Assembly: GCA_945860985.1 (NCBI GenBank)
Contig: CAMASM010000002.1
Location: 1-47,426 of the forward strand
DNA: 47,426 bases
Direction of reading: 5' to 3'
From: Candidatus Finniella inopinata
GTDB lineage: Bacteria; Pseudomonadota; Alphaproteobacteria; Paracaedibacterales; CAITNM01
The notes beneath the pieces are model-generated. The model was not told where the DNA came from, made no database searches, and worked only from the letters and a program-made list of their open reading frames with translations. Position numbers and translations under genes: made by a program. Shown here one piece after another: positions 8,133-18,239 of this stretch (positions within the stretch are counted from its first letter, which is position 1; each line of letters starts with the position of its first letter).

Positions 8133-9365
8133 ATGAAAAATTTTAAAAGTGGGATTCCGTTTTCAATTTGGGTAATTGGTTTCTCAAGCCTACTAATTAA
8201 TATTTCTAGCGTTATGGTATTCGGAGTGGCAGCACTATATGTGAAGCAAATTTTAGGAGTTACGACCGGTTTTGTATTAATGCTAGAAGGAATGTTTGAA
8301 GCAATAGCTTATGCAATGAAATTGTTTTCGGGAGTAATTAGTGATTACTTAAGGCGTAGAAAAGTGGTGATGGTTTGGGGATTAGGGCTTTTTGCTTTGG
8401 CTAGGCCAGTTATGGTAGTGTTTTCAAGTGTTAGCGGGGTGCTTGTTGCACGTTTGTTAGATCGCTTTGGTAATGGAATTCAATCAACACCCCGTGACGC
8501 TTTAGTGGGAGATTTAGCACCTTTGGGTACTAAAGGCGCGTGCTTTGGTTTAAGGCAGAGTTTGGCAGTTGCTGGTTCTTTTATTGGTGGATTTGTTGGT
8601 ATTTGGTGCATGGTTGCAACCAATCAGAATTTTGAGTCTATTTTTCTTTATGCAACAATTCCTGCAGTTTTGGGGCTGTTATTGGTTGTGTTTTTTGTGA
8701 AAGACCCACATGAGGAACAAACTAAGGAAAAAGTTAATGCTAATAAAGTAGTGCGCCATCCAATTCACCTTGCTGATTTAAAGCGGTTGGGAAAATCGTA
8801 TTGGATTTTAATGGGTATTGCTTTAGTTTTTACTACCACAAGGGTTGGTGAGTCTGTATTAGTACTACATGCTACTGAAAGCTTTCAGATGGACCAAAAT
8901 TTTTCTCACGGTATTATTATGCTTTATAATGGCGCTAATTCTTTGTGTTCGTATCCAGTTGGTTATCTTTCTGATCGTCTGGGACGTTATGGGTTTTTAG
9001 GTTTTAGTTTTTTTATTTTAATTTTGGCTGATGCATTTTTAGGATTTGCTAGTAGCCTAGCTCACATGATGATAGGTGTTGCTTTGTGGGGTGTTCAGAT
9101 TGGGATAAGCCAAAGCATGTTTTTAAGTTTGATAGCAGATCATGTGCCAGAAGATTTACGTGGTACGGGTATAGGCTTTTTCTATTTAATTAGCTCTGTT
9201 GCTTTGATCTTTGCTGGTACAATTGGTGGAGCTGTTGCTAACTATTATGATCAATTTGCCACTTTTATAACGAGTGGGGTAATTGGTTTTCTTGCGTTGC
9301 TCTTGTTGGCGGTATTTTATAAAGATTTAAAACCACTAGATTATGAAAATAATTCAGGCAATTAA
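8133..9365 (+). CDS. MFS transporter
   Basis: 410 aa with about 12 predicted hydrophobic helices. MFS motif-A-like 'SDYLRRRKV' and 'LSDRLGRYG' lie between TM2/3 and TM8/9. Confidence 0.75.
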   Translation: MKNFKSGIPFSIWVIGFSSLLINISSVMVFGVAALYVKQILGVTTGFVLMLEGMFEAIAYAMKLFSGVISDYLRRRKVVMVWGLGLFALARPVMVVFSSVSGVLVARLLDRFGNGIQSTPRDALVGDLAPLGTKGACFGLRQSLAVAGSFIGGFVGIWCMVATNQNFESIFLYATIPAVLGLLLVVFFVKDPHEEQTKEKVNANKVVRHPIHLADLKRLGKSYWILMGIALVFTTTRVGESVLVLHATESFQMDQNFSHGIIMLYNGANSLCSYPVGYLSDRLGRYGFLGFSFFILILADAFLGFASSLAHMMIGVALWGVQIGISQSMFLSLIADHVPEDLRGTGIGFFYLISSVALIFAGTIGGAVANYYDQFATFITSGVIGFLALLLLAVFYKDLKPLDYENNSGN

Positions 9366-11061
9366 ATTAGCTCGAGAGAGTTTTGCAGATTTAAGTTGTG
9401 TGGGTTTTGAAAATTTGTTGCAGTGTGCCGGGGAACTTAAGAGTTTGAACTTAGTTTCAACTGCGTGCACTCAGCTAGAGATGCAGAATCGGTTTGGATT
9501 TGCAGAGATTATTAAATGTCTTGTTGAGCTAGATACCTCTTACATTTGCCCTTTGAAAACTAGCGAACTTGAACAATTTTATGATTGTTTTTCTACCAAT
9601 ATACAGTTAGTGGAACATGCAAAATTAGCTATTCCTCAAGGTAAAGTGCTGATTTGTGACGACCCACAATTATGGCAGCACTTACAATATACAGTAATGG
9701 ATAGTGTTCATTTGCCTTACGACTTTGTTGCAAAATTGCATTTGTATTTTGGGAATTCTTGCCAAGTAAATACTATGAATATACTAAACCATCCTTTCTT
9801 AAAGCAGATTGATGAAGATTTGGCTAAGCAGATGCTGGTTTATGAATATGAAGCCAGGAAAAGCTCTGAAAAGAATTTTTGGAAAGAGTATGAGTTTAAA
9901 AGTGTTTTAGTTAAGCAATTAGTAGATTCGAAATGTTGGCAAGATTTGCCTGATACTTTGCTTCAGCGATTACCGCTTGAGTATGTATCTCTTTTAGATG
10001 ATTCAACAAATTGGTTTAAATTAGCAGTTAACTTGAGGATTTTTAAACCTCAGATTCGTTTAGGTTTGCATAATGCTTTACGCTACAAACCAGACCAAGT
10101 GGTGTTTTGTTTGAAACATAGCCAAATTAGGTCTTTGTATGGCCAATCGCTGTTAAAATCTAATGATTTAAACCAGGCTCTAATTAAGTGGGCCGCACAT
10201 TTTACACTTAATATTTTAGCTTGTAACAAATCTGGATATTTTGATCATCCACTACTTAAAGAAACTATTAAGGTATCAAAAATTGGTAAGTTGAAATTTC
10301 CAAAAACTGTGGCGGTGGCAAATCCACCTCTAATTAGTCGTCCTAAGGTAATTAGTGCCAGTGGTTTTAATCAATTAATGCAGGATCCATATGGTTATTA
10401 TGCTCACTACATTTTGAAGTTATTACCGCTAGAGCGTGTTGGTGTTAATAATTTTGCTAAAGAGTTTGGTATTAGTGTTCATAAATTGATAGAAATTTAT
10501 ATAAAGCAAGGTTACCAAGAAGCGCTTGGTTTTATGAGCACTTTGAAATTAGATAGACCTAAAATTTTATGGTATGGGCGCTTATTAAAAATTATTAATT
10601 GGGTAGATAGGCAGTTTAAGGAATTAAAACCACTTAAAATCGAATCTGAAAAGCTGCTGGAAATTTCTTTGGTTGGTGGGGTTTTATTAAGAGCTAGAGT
10701 AGATGCTTCTGTATTTACGGAAATTGGCAATTTGGTGATAAATTTTAAAACAGGTATGCCACCAAGTAAAAATGAGGTTACTACAGGTTATGCTCCACAA
10801 TTATTAGTGGAAACATTTCTTTGTCAAAGCTTTGATCCTCATATTCAAACACAAGGGGAATTTTGGCAACTAAGGGGTACACAGCCGATTGGTATGGTTA
10901 CTTTTAGTATTTCAATGGCTATGGGATTAATGCAAGAAAATTTAGAAAAAATAGTGAATCATTATTTACTCTCAACCGGTCCATTTTTAGCTTGCCCGTG
11001 GCCATCAAAAAAGCCAAAATACAACGAATATGTGTACTTGGAACGCTTAAATAATGAATAA
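9343..11061 (+). CDS. addB: Truncated AddB-like protein with a degenerate PD-(D/E)XK domain
   Basis: The C-terminal block 'RVDASVF...NLVINFKTGMPPSK...GYAPQLLVE' parallels the AddB/PDDEXK_1 pattern (G-x-I-D-R...I-D-Y-K-T-G...Q-L). The (D/E)-x-K Asp is Asn here (N-F-K at 10741..10749) and the downstream Cys cluster is absent. At 572 aa it is much shorter than typical alphaproteobacterial AddB. It overlaps both flanking MFS genes. Confidence 0.5.
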   Translation: MKIIQAIKLARESFADLSCVGFENLLQCAGELKSLNLVSTACTQLEMQNRFGFAEIIKCLVELDTSYICPLKTSELEQFYDCFSTNIQLVEHAKLAIPQGKVLICDDPQLWQHLQYTVMDSVHLPYDFVAKLHLYFGNSCQVNTMNILNHPFLKQIDEDLAKQMLVYEYEARKSSEKNFWKEYEFKSVLVKQLVDSKCWQDLPDTLLQRLPLEYVSLLDDSTNWFKLAVNLRIFKPQIRLGLHNALRYKPDQVVFCLKHSQIRSLYGQSLLKSNDLNQALIKWAAHFTLNILACNKSGYFDHPLLKETIKVSKIGKLKFPKTVAVANPPLISRPKVISASGFNQLMQDPYGYYAHYILKLLPLERVGVNNFAKEFGISVHKLIEIYIKQGYQEALGFMSTLKLDRPKILWYGRLLKIINWVDRQFKELKPLKIESEKLLEISLVGGVLLRARVDASVFTEIGNLVINFKTGMPPSKNEVTTGYAPQLLVETFLCQSFDPHIQTQGEFWQLRGTQPIGMVTFSISMAMGLMQENLEKIVNHYLLSTGPFLACPWPSKKPKYNEYVYLERLNNE

Positions 11062-12319
11062 ATCAAAAATGCCTTCTCATGCCTATTTTGCTTGGGGTGG
11101 AATGGCTTTCTTCTTTTTGTATCAATACATTTTGCGAGTAGCTCCTGGGCTGGTTGAACCTGAACTTCGTAGTGCATTTTTTATGACAGCGAATGATTTT
11201 TCAACACTTGGTTCCTATTTCATGTTTATTTATGCGATTGCTCAAATACCATGTGGAGTTTTGATTGATCGTCTGGGAGTTAAAAGAGTTGTTTTAACAA
11301 GCATTATTTTATGTTTAATAGGCAATGGCATGTTGATTAAAGGTAGTAGCCTTTGGGAAGCTCAAATTAGTCGAATGTTTATGGGGCTTGGTTCTGCTTG
11401 TGCTTATGTTGGCTGCTTAAAGGTGGCAGCAGATAATTTTCCAAGCTCAACACGTGGATTTTTCATGGGGGCAGCGCTTACGATTGGTTTATTCGGTCCA
11501 TTGATAGCTGCTAAACCATTGGTTCACCTGATTGAATCTACAGACTGGCAGTATGCTTTTAAGGTACTTTCTGCCATCGGTGTAATACTATGGTTTTGCT
11601 TAGTGATTGTCATGCCAAAAGAAGATGTAAATAGAGGTGCGACATTAAAATGGTCTGAAATTACCCAAAGTATTGCGATGGTTTTTAAGACTCGTCCAGT
11701 ATTTGCATATGCTATTATGACTACATGTTTTTATTCGCCATTATCTGTGATTGCTGATCTTTGGGGAGTGTCTTTTTTGGTTAATCATTTCCATTTACCA
11801 CGTGTAAACGCAGCAAATGTAACGATGCAAATTTATGTTGGAGCAGCGATTAGCGGTTTGCTTATTCCGTGGTTGTGTGAAAAGTATAAATATTACAATA
11901 AGGCTATCCTATTTAGTGCTTTTGGCATGGTGCTTTGTCTGTTGACTATGCTTTACGGTGGTAATCTGTCAATTTTTTCGCTGATCATTGTGTTGATTGC
12001 AATGGGTATATTTAGTAGCTCTGAAATATTATGCTTTAGTGCGGCATCACACTATACAAGTGTAGAGACATCTGGGACCATGCTTGGGGTAATCAATACA
12101 TTTAGCGTAATTGGAAGTGCTGGAATTATGCAACTAGTTGGTTTTTTGCTTGATTGTAAATGGTGTGGCGCTTTAGACGAAGATGGGCTACGTCAATATG
12201 GTAGTGGTGAATATATTTTTGCTTTGTCTTCGGTATTGGTTTTAGTGTGTATATTAAGTTTGGTAGCCTTTTTCATTTATAGGCAAGGTAAAAAGCTTAA
12301 TCAAAATGAGATTGCTTAA
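11054..12319 (+). CDS. MFS transporter
   Basis: 421 aa, polytopic, with MFS motif A 'GVLIDRLGVKRV'. Its ATG overlaps the addB-like stop (ATGAATAA). Confidence 0.75.
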   Translation: MNKSKMPSHAYFAWGGMAFFFLYQYILRVAPGLVEPELRSAFFMTANDFSTLGSYFMFIYAIAQIPCGVLIDRLGVKRVVLTSIILCLIGNGMLIKGSSLWEAQISRMFMGLGSACAYVGCLKVAADNFPSSTRGFFMGAALTIGLFGPLIAAKPLVHLIESTDWQYAFKVLSAIGVILWFCLVIVMPKEDVNRGATLKWSEITQSIAMVFKTRPVFAYAIMTTCFYSPLSVIADLWGVSFLVNHFHLPRVNAANVTMQIYVGAAISGLLIPWLCEKYKYYNKAILFSAFGMVLCLLTMLYGGNLSIFSLIIVLIAMGIFSSSEILCFSAASHYTSVETSGTMLGVINTFSVIGSAGIMQLVGFLLDCKWCGALDEDGLRQYGSGEYIFALSSVLVLVCILSLVAFFIYRQGKKLNQNEIA

Positions 12320-12371
12320 TAGGGTAATATTAGAATTTTGATTATTTGTTGGGTTATAGGTTGCTTTTAAA

Positions 12372-14108
12372 ATGGTCGACTACATGATAGATTTTTTAAA
12401 AAAATATAACCACTCTATTTTATTCACAGGCTTTGGTTTATACGTTGTTGGTTTGCCATTGGCGAGTGCACGTTGGTATTTTACATACCTGGTTGGTCTA
12501 GTTTTAGTATGGACTTTACCAGTCAACAAGCGTTATCAATTTTTTGGTTATGCGGTGCTTGTGATTGGAGTTTTTTCTAAGGCATATGTTAACTATATAT
12601 CTCCTGTGATTAATGTTAAGACTATACCAATTGCCATGTACAATGGCGATATCATTCAACAGCATGAAGATTTTTCAAATGACCTAGGAAAAATGCTTCA
12701 CGAAAAATTTGCTGACCAGATTGATCTACTTTTAAAAAATCCAAAAGCTGAAAAACCAGAAATTTCTAAGGCTTATGCCCGGATTCCTGCACAATGTTTT
12801 TTATATGACTTTAAGGTTAGTCAAAGATTTATGGATAGTTCCTATGTTTGGGGTCTTCCTGTTAATGTGCAAAATGCTTTTGTTTCAGTTCCAGTAGTTT
12901 TATCAATTAAGGTAGAGAAGGCGGACCGTGGCATTATCTGGATCAGTGATTGGTCAGATGGCGTCTTTTTTGAACAAAAAGAGGGTGAAGATATAAAGCT
13001 TCATACTGGTAACAAAGATGGAGTTGCTCTAAAAGATCACGTTGGTAGTACTTTTTTCTTTCCTTTTATTCATTCTCCTAAATTAAATTGGATTTATATA
13101 GAGCTTGCTCCCTTAGCTGTGTATATTCCGCTATTACTACTTCTTGCTGCAATTTTTTTGGTAAACATACGTGAGATATCTGTAAAATTTTTAGAGCATA
13201 TGATTTGCCTAGGCGTTTCATTTGTCACAATTTGCCAGATAGATATTTCATTTATGCGAATTAGCCATAATGACATGACTAGTAATTGGCCAAATTGTAG
13301 CTTTCCTTATAATAATTTACATAGTATATGTAATTGGATTTTTGGTGGTATTTGGGATAGCAATGCCGGACAAGCTCCACTATGGTTTTTTGTAAATAAA
13401 TTATTTTATAGCATTAGTTGTTTTGGTTATTTGTTACCAATACTTTGTTTTTGGGCAAGTGCATGGTGCTTACTACGCATTTTAAGAGAGTTTTTTAAAG
13501 AATCTCATGTATATATTATTTGGGGTATATTGCTGACAGCTCCTTGGCTTGGACAAAGGGGAATGGGATTGTATGCTTACCATTCGTGGTATATTTTGTA
13601 TGATTCTTTGATGTTAGGTATGCCTTTATTTTTATTTGGTTTTTTAGGCTACTTACGTAATTTTAAAGTCATGCATGGTCTGTCATGGGTTGCGGCATGT
13701 TTGTGTAATACAGTTGTGTTTGCTGGGGTTAGTTGTTTGTTATTGCATAGGCATCTTGGACGACAGCGTTTTATTTATTTGTTGTTAAGTCTTGGATTGT
13801 TTAGTTTGGCAAATGTGAGTCATTTAGGAAATATTTTGTCTTTGCCAATGACGATTAATGAAATCATTAGCTTAGTTAAAATAGCTTACAATCCATACTT
13901 TGTGATTTTTGGTTTAATTCCAAATATTTATCTCGCTTTTAGTAAAAATATTGATTTGAAGCGTTTTGCAAGAGCTGCGATAGTTATGCATGGTGGATTT
14001 TTGGTGAGCTCTGCAGTTCCTCAGGAAGCCTATCTTGCATGTACCTTAAGTGTTATTTGTGGGTTTGTTTACGCTGTCTCGCTAATTAACAAATTTCAGA
14101 CGGATTAA
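12372..14108 (+). CDS. Large polytopic membrane protein of unknown function
   Basis: 578-aa ORF with N-terminal TMs, a roughly 170-aa hydrophilic segment (about residues 80-250) and many C-terminal TMs. No family recognised by eye. Confidence 0.6.
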   Translation: MVDYMIDFLKKYNHSILFTGFGLYVVGLPLASARWYFTYLVGLVLVWTLPVNKRYQFFGYAVLVIGVFSKAYVNYISPVINVKTIPIAMYNGDIIQQHEDFSNDLGKMLHEKFADQIDLLLKNPKAEKPEISKAYARIPAQCFLYDFKVSQRFMDSSYVWGLPVNVQNAFVSVPVVLSIKVEKADRGIIWISDWSDGVFFEQKEGEDIKLHTGNKDGVALKDHVGSTFFFPFIHSPKLNWIYIELAPLAVYIPLLLLLAAIFLVNIREISVKFLEHMICLGVSFVTICQIDISFMRISHNDMTSNWPNCSFPYNNLHSICNWIFGGIWDSNAGQAPLWFFVNKLFYSISCFGYLLPILCFWASAWCLLRILREFFKESHVYIIWGILLTAPWLGQRGMGLYAYHSWYILYDSLMLGMPLFLFGFLGYLRNFKVMHGLSWVAACLCNTVVFAGVSCLLLHRHLGRQRFIYLLLSLGLFSLANVSHLGNILSLPMTINEIISLVKIAYNPYFVIFGLIPNIYLAFSKNIDLKRFARAAIVMHGGFLVSSAVPQEAYLACTLSVICGFVYAVSLINKFQTD

Positions 14109-14235
14109 TTATTTATTAAGTACAACCGGTTTATATTAGTGATTAAGAATAGGCCATTCTTCAGATTTAACCTTATGGAGTCCGTTCGTAAAACCTTTAA
14201 CGGATGCCAGCGAGAAGGTCGTATCTGTTGCGTAG

Positions 14236-14288
14236 GTTGGGGCGAGTGTGGGCGGCCCCCCCTATATAGGGTGGGGGTGGGGGAGGAG
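14236..14288. repeat. GC/G-tract island with a C7-TATATA-G hairpin in an AT-rich spacer
   Basis: 'ggttggggcgagtgtgggcggCCCCCCCtatataGGGTGGGGgtgggggaggag'. It shares TGGGG...GTGGGCGG with the minus strand of 47264..47282. Confidence 0.5.
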
Positions 14289-14346
14289 TTTCCTTATCAC
14301 ACAAAAGTTAATAAGCTGTTAAAATCGGCAAATATTTTATTTGATC

Positions 14347-16812
14347 ATGACCAACTTATCAATTAACAATTTGCAGCAAAAAGCAAGTAATCCAAAAGTT
14401 AGTTGTTGGGTAAATGCGTCTGCCGGGTCTGGAAAAACTAAAGTTTTAATTGATCGTATTATTCGTTTACTTTTACACGGTGCTAAGCCTGAACGTATTT
14501 TATGTCTTACCTTTTCAAGAGCTGCGGCATTTGAAATGCAACAGCGTTTACAAAAACGAATTTGTGGTTTTGCCAAACTTTCAAGCGATGAAATTGCTAA
14601 ACAGTTAGTGGAATTAGGTGAGGTTCCAAATGAACAAAATATTTCACAAACGCTTCCTCTAAACGAAGTTATTCAAAGACAACCTGTGGTAATTCAAACT
14701 GTCCATAGTTTTTGTCAAACTTTGTTGCAGCGCCAATTTAGTGGTGACATCTTAAAAACATCTCCTCGGGTTATGGAAAATTTTGAGGAGTCTACTTATT
14801 TACATCAAGCCTTTCAAGATTTATTGAAAAATCCTAAGGCAATTCCTTTTATTGAGGAATTTTTGAATTTTCATAGTGATGGGGTTTTGTTTGATTATTT
14901 AAGCAATGCTAGGCATACAGTTAATAATTATGACTTTAATGATATTCAAGAGCGTTTATATATATTGTTTGACATTTCTGGTTGTCCAGAATTTCCAAAA
15001 GTTGATGACACTGTCAGAAAGTATTTAACAGGACTTTTTAATGTTGTGGTTGATGATGCTGCTGTGGAAATAGATCATGAATTTGCACAAATTTTCCTTA
15101 CACAAAAAGGCACTGTGCGCAGTAAAATTTTAACTAAGAATTTGCAAAGTCAATATCCTGAAGCAGAGTTAGTTTTAAAAATTTATGGGGAAGATTTGGC
15201 TAATTATTATTCTAAAAAAAGACGATTTGACCATTTGCAAAAATCGCTACATTTTTGGCAATTGCAGCAGCTTTTTAGAGATCATTATAAAACACTTAAA
15301 CAGGAAAATAATCTCTGGGATTTTCATGATCTCATAGAATTTACTTTACAAGCTTTAAGATTTGACGTTTTTGACCAGGTGTTGCTTGATCTGAATTATC
15401 GAATTGATCACATGTTATTAGATGAAGCACAAGACACGAGTGTTGCACAGTGGCAAGTAATTGAACATTTAGTGAATGGATTATTTGATCAGCATAATAG
15501 TAAACGTAGCTTATTTGTTGTTGGTGATGAGAAGCAGTCTATCTATAGTTTTCAAGGAGCTGATATTAATATGTATGCACAAATGCATCAGCAATTTAAA
15601 GAACTTTGCCAGCCATGGGATGATGTGCACCTGACTACTAATTTTCGTAGTGCTAAAAATATTTTAAAGTTAGTTGATAAAGTTTTTGCCAAGAATTTCT
15701 CTGGCCTTGGTCAAAATGTTGTATTACATATTCCTTGGTATGATTTTGCGGGTAGCATTGAAGTTTTGCCACTTGTTAAGGTAGAAAAATTTGTTAATGA
15801 TGCGTGGCCAATTTTTGAAAATGTAATTGAGTCAGATGAAGAATCAGAAGAACAAGTACTTTGTAAGCAAGTGATAGATCATTTACAGCAACTCATTTCT
15901 AATGGGTTGTATCTTGAATGTGAAAAGCGTAATGCTAGTTGGAATGATGTTATGGTTTTAATGCGCAAGCGTGGCAGTTTTATGGGTGAGCTGACATCTA
16001 TTTGTGATAAACGAGGAATAACTTATACAGCACTGGAACCAAAGAACTTAATGAATTCTTTAGTAGTGCAAGATTTGCTAAGTATAGTTGAATTTCTTTT
16101 AATGCCTTATAATGATTTGAATTTAGCTGGATTATTAAAAAGCCAATGGATGCAGGCAGTCACTGTGATTGATGGGGATGCCCTATTTGATCTTTGTCAT
16201 AATAGAGATGGTGATTTATGGAAGCAAGTACAGGAAAAATATCCTAATAACGCCAGTTTGCTTAATCAATTATTACAAATGATTCCGTCTTCTGCTTATG
16301 GTTATTTTCAGATAGCTTATGAAGCTCTTAACATTCAAGATGAAATGCTTTTTGCTTTTATGGAAGAAGTTTTTAAACGTTTTAATTTATTGAATTTGGG
16401 TATTCGGGATTTGGTTAATCACCTTTATGAATTTCCTCCTGCTTATGTTTCAGAGATTTCTTCTTCAGGCACTGATGAGCAAGGGGTGCGAATTTCTACA
16501 ATACATGGAGCTAAAGGCCTTGAGTCGCCAATTGTTGTGATTCTTGATAATGGCGATGAACCTAATCTTAAGCAAGATATTGTTTTGTACGATCCTGTTG
16601 CCAAGTTTTGGTTTTTAAAACCTCCACAAGCTGCTGATACAGTGCTAACTGCTGCTTTGAAAAATCATTACCAACAGTCCATAGAACATGAACACAATCG
16701 GTTGTTTTATGTTGGGTTAACGCGTGCTAAGGAGCATCTGATTGTTGCTGGCTTAGATCATGAAGCACATGCTAGCTCTTGGTATTGGCCGGTTAAAAAT
16801 TGTGAAAAATAA
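14347..16812 (+). CDS. addA: AddA-type UvrD-like helicase lacking the C-terminal nuclease domain
   Basis: 'QQKASNPKVSCWVNASAGSGKTKVLIDRIIRLLLHGAKPERILCLTFSRAAAFEMQQRL' is a typical alphaproteobacterial AddA N-terminus with Walker A. 'LLDEAQDTS' is motif II and 'FYVGLTRAKEHLIV' is motif VI. The ORF ends about 25 aa after motif VI. The ATG at 14347 is preferred over the TTG at 14341. Confidence 0.8.
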   Translation: MTNLSINNLQQKASNPKVSCWVNASAGSGKTKVLIDRIIRLLLHGAKPERILCLTFSRAAAFEMQQRLQKRICGFAKLSSDEIAKQLVELGEVPNEQNISQTLPLNEVIQRQPVVIQTVHSFCQTLLQRQFSGDILKTSPRVMENFEESTYLHQAFQDLLKNPKAIPFIEEFLNFHSDGVLFDYLSNARHTVNNYDFNDIQERLYILFDISGCPEFPKVDDTVRKYLTGLFNVVVDDAAVEIDHEFAQIFLTQKGTVRSKILTKNLQSQYPEAELVLKIYGEDLANYYSKKRRFDHLQKSLHFWQLQQLFRDHYKTLKQENNLWDFHDLIEFTLQALRFDVFDQVLLDLNYRIDHMLLDEAQDTSVAQWQVIEHLVNGLFDQHNSKRSLFVVGDEKQSIYSFQGADINMYAQMHQQFKELCQPWDDVHLTTNFRSAKNILKLVDKVFAKNFSGLGQNVVLHIPWYDFAGSIEVLPLVKVEKFVNDAWPIFENVIESDEESEEQVLCKQVIDHLQQLISNGLYLECEKRNASWNDVMVLMRKRGSFMGELTSICDKRGITYTALEPKNLMNSLVVQDLLSIVEFLLMPYNDLNLAGLLKSQWMQAVTVIDGDALFDLCHNRDGDLWKQVQEKYPNNASLLNQLLQMIPSSAYGYFQIAYEALNIQDEMLFAFMEEVFKRFNLLNLGIRDLVNHLYEFPPAYVSEISSSGTDEQGVRISTIHGAKGLESPIVVILDNGDEPNLKQDIVLYDPVAKFWFLKPPQAADTVLTAALKNHYQQSIEHEHNRLFYVGLTRAKEHLIVAGLDHEAHASSWYWPVKNCEK

Positions 16813-16874
16813 GGTATGCAACGCCATATGAAATACTAAAATTTATAGATATTGGGTAATTAATTTGTAATTTG

Positions 16875-18239
16875 TTAAACCATCAATTCAGGTTTAACGT
16901 ATTTATTAAACTCCTCTTTGTTTAATAATCCCAATTCTTCCGCCGCATCACTTAAGCTTATATTATCTTGTAGCGCTTTCTTTGCAATTTTAGCGGCATT
17001 ATCGTAGCCGATGATGGGGTTTAAAGCAGTAACTAACATTAAGGATTTTTCTAAGTTCTCTTCTAATTTTTTTTGGTTAACCTGAATGCCTTCAATACAA
17101 TTAGCCTGAAAACTTTCACAAGCGCTAGCTAGCAAGTTAATTGATTCAAGTACGTTATGAATAATAACTGGTTTAAATACATTTAGTTGAAAATGTCCTT
17201 GGAGTCCTGCAGTGGTTATAGTCACATGGTTGCCAATAACTTGGCAGCAAACCATTGTTAGTGCTTCAGATTGGGTGGGGTTAACTTTACCTGGCATAAT
17301 TGAAGAACCTGGCTCGTTTTCAGGTAGTAGCAATTCTCCAAATCCGCACCTTGGACCAGATGCCAGAAAGCGGATGTCATTGGCAATTTTCATTAAACTT
17401 ACGGCAATTACGTTTAACACGCCTGAAATTTCAACCATAGTATCGTGACATGCTAATGCTTCAAATTTATTGGGAGCAGTGACGAATGGAAGTTTGGTAT
17501 ACTCTGAAACTTTTTTTGCAAAAATTTCAGCAAAATTTTGTGGGCAATTAAGCCCCGTGCCTACGGCAGTGCCACCTTGGGCTAGCTGATAAAGCCGTGG
17601 CATTACTCCATTAAGGCGATCAATATTATTGCTAAGTTGTACGACATAGGCTGAAAATTCTTGCCCAAGTCTGATTGGGGTGGCGTCTTGCAAATGAGTT
17701 CTGCCAATTTTTATATATTTATTAAATTGTTTGGTTCTTTCTTCAAAAGCATGGGTTAAGTTTTTTAAAGAAGGTAATAGCTGTTGGGTGATCCCTAAGC
17801 ATGTTGCTATATGCATAGCGGTAGGGAAACTATCATTTGATGATTGCCCATAATTAACATGATCGTTAGGATGGGCCGAATTTGCATTACCTAATATGGC
17901 ATTAGCACGGTTAGCAATAACTTCGTTTAGGTTCATGTTGGTTTGGGTGCCTGAACCTGTTTGCCAAACACTCAAAGGAAAATGATCGTTAAGGCTACCA
18001 TCGATAACTTGGTCACAGGCAGCAATAATTGCTTTTGCAAGGTCATTATCAATTTTACCAAGTTCGCAGTTAGTTTGAGCAGCGCATCGTTTTAAAATAC
18101 CAAAAGCTTTTATTAAAAGTTCTGGCATTTTGTGGCCGCCTATTTTGAAATTTTGGCGTGATCTTTCTGTTTGTGCCCCCCAATATGCGCTTTCAGGAAC
18201 TTCAATGCTTCCCATAGAATCATGTTCTGTGCGTGTCAT
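16875..18239 (-). CDS. fumC: Fumarate hydratase, class II
   Basis: 454 aa with the class II fumarase/aspartase signature '[16 protein letters not shown]' and the N-terminus '[23 protein letters not shown]'. Confidence 0.95.
   Translation of the reverse strand: MTRTEHDSMGSIEVPESAYWGAQTERSRQNFKIGGHKMPELLIKAFGILKRCAAQTNCELGKIDNDLAKAIIAACDQVIDGSLNDHFPLSVWQTGSGTQTNMNLNEVIANRANAILGNANSAHPNDHVNYGQSSNDSFPTAMHIATCLGITQQLLPSLKNLTHAFEERTKQFNKYIKIGRTHLQDATPIRLGQEFSAYVVQLSNNIDRLNGVMPRLYQLAQGGTAVGTGLNCPQNFAEIFAKKVSEYTKLPFVTAPNKFEALACHDTMVEISGVLNVIAVSLMKIANDIRFLASGPRCGFGELLLPENEPGSSIMPGKVNPTQSEALTMVCCQVIGNHVTITTAGLQGHFQLNVFKPVIIHNVLESINLLASACESFQANCIEGIQVNQKKLEENLEKSLMLVTALNPIIGYDNAAKIAKKALQDNISLSDAAEELGLLNKEEFNKYVKPELMV

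Noticed and set aside
14139-14576. ORFs 14139..14366 (+) and 14337..14576 (-) in or near the addA upstream spacer
   Set aside because: There is no motif support. One is driven by the GC island and the other is antisense to the conserved AddA N-terminus.
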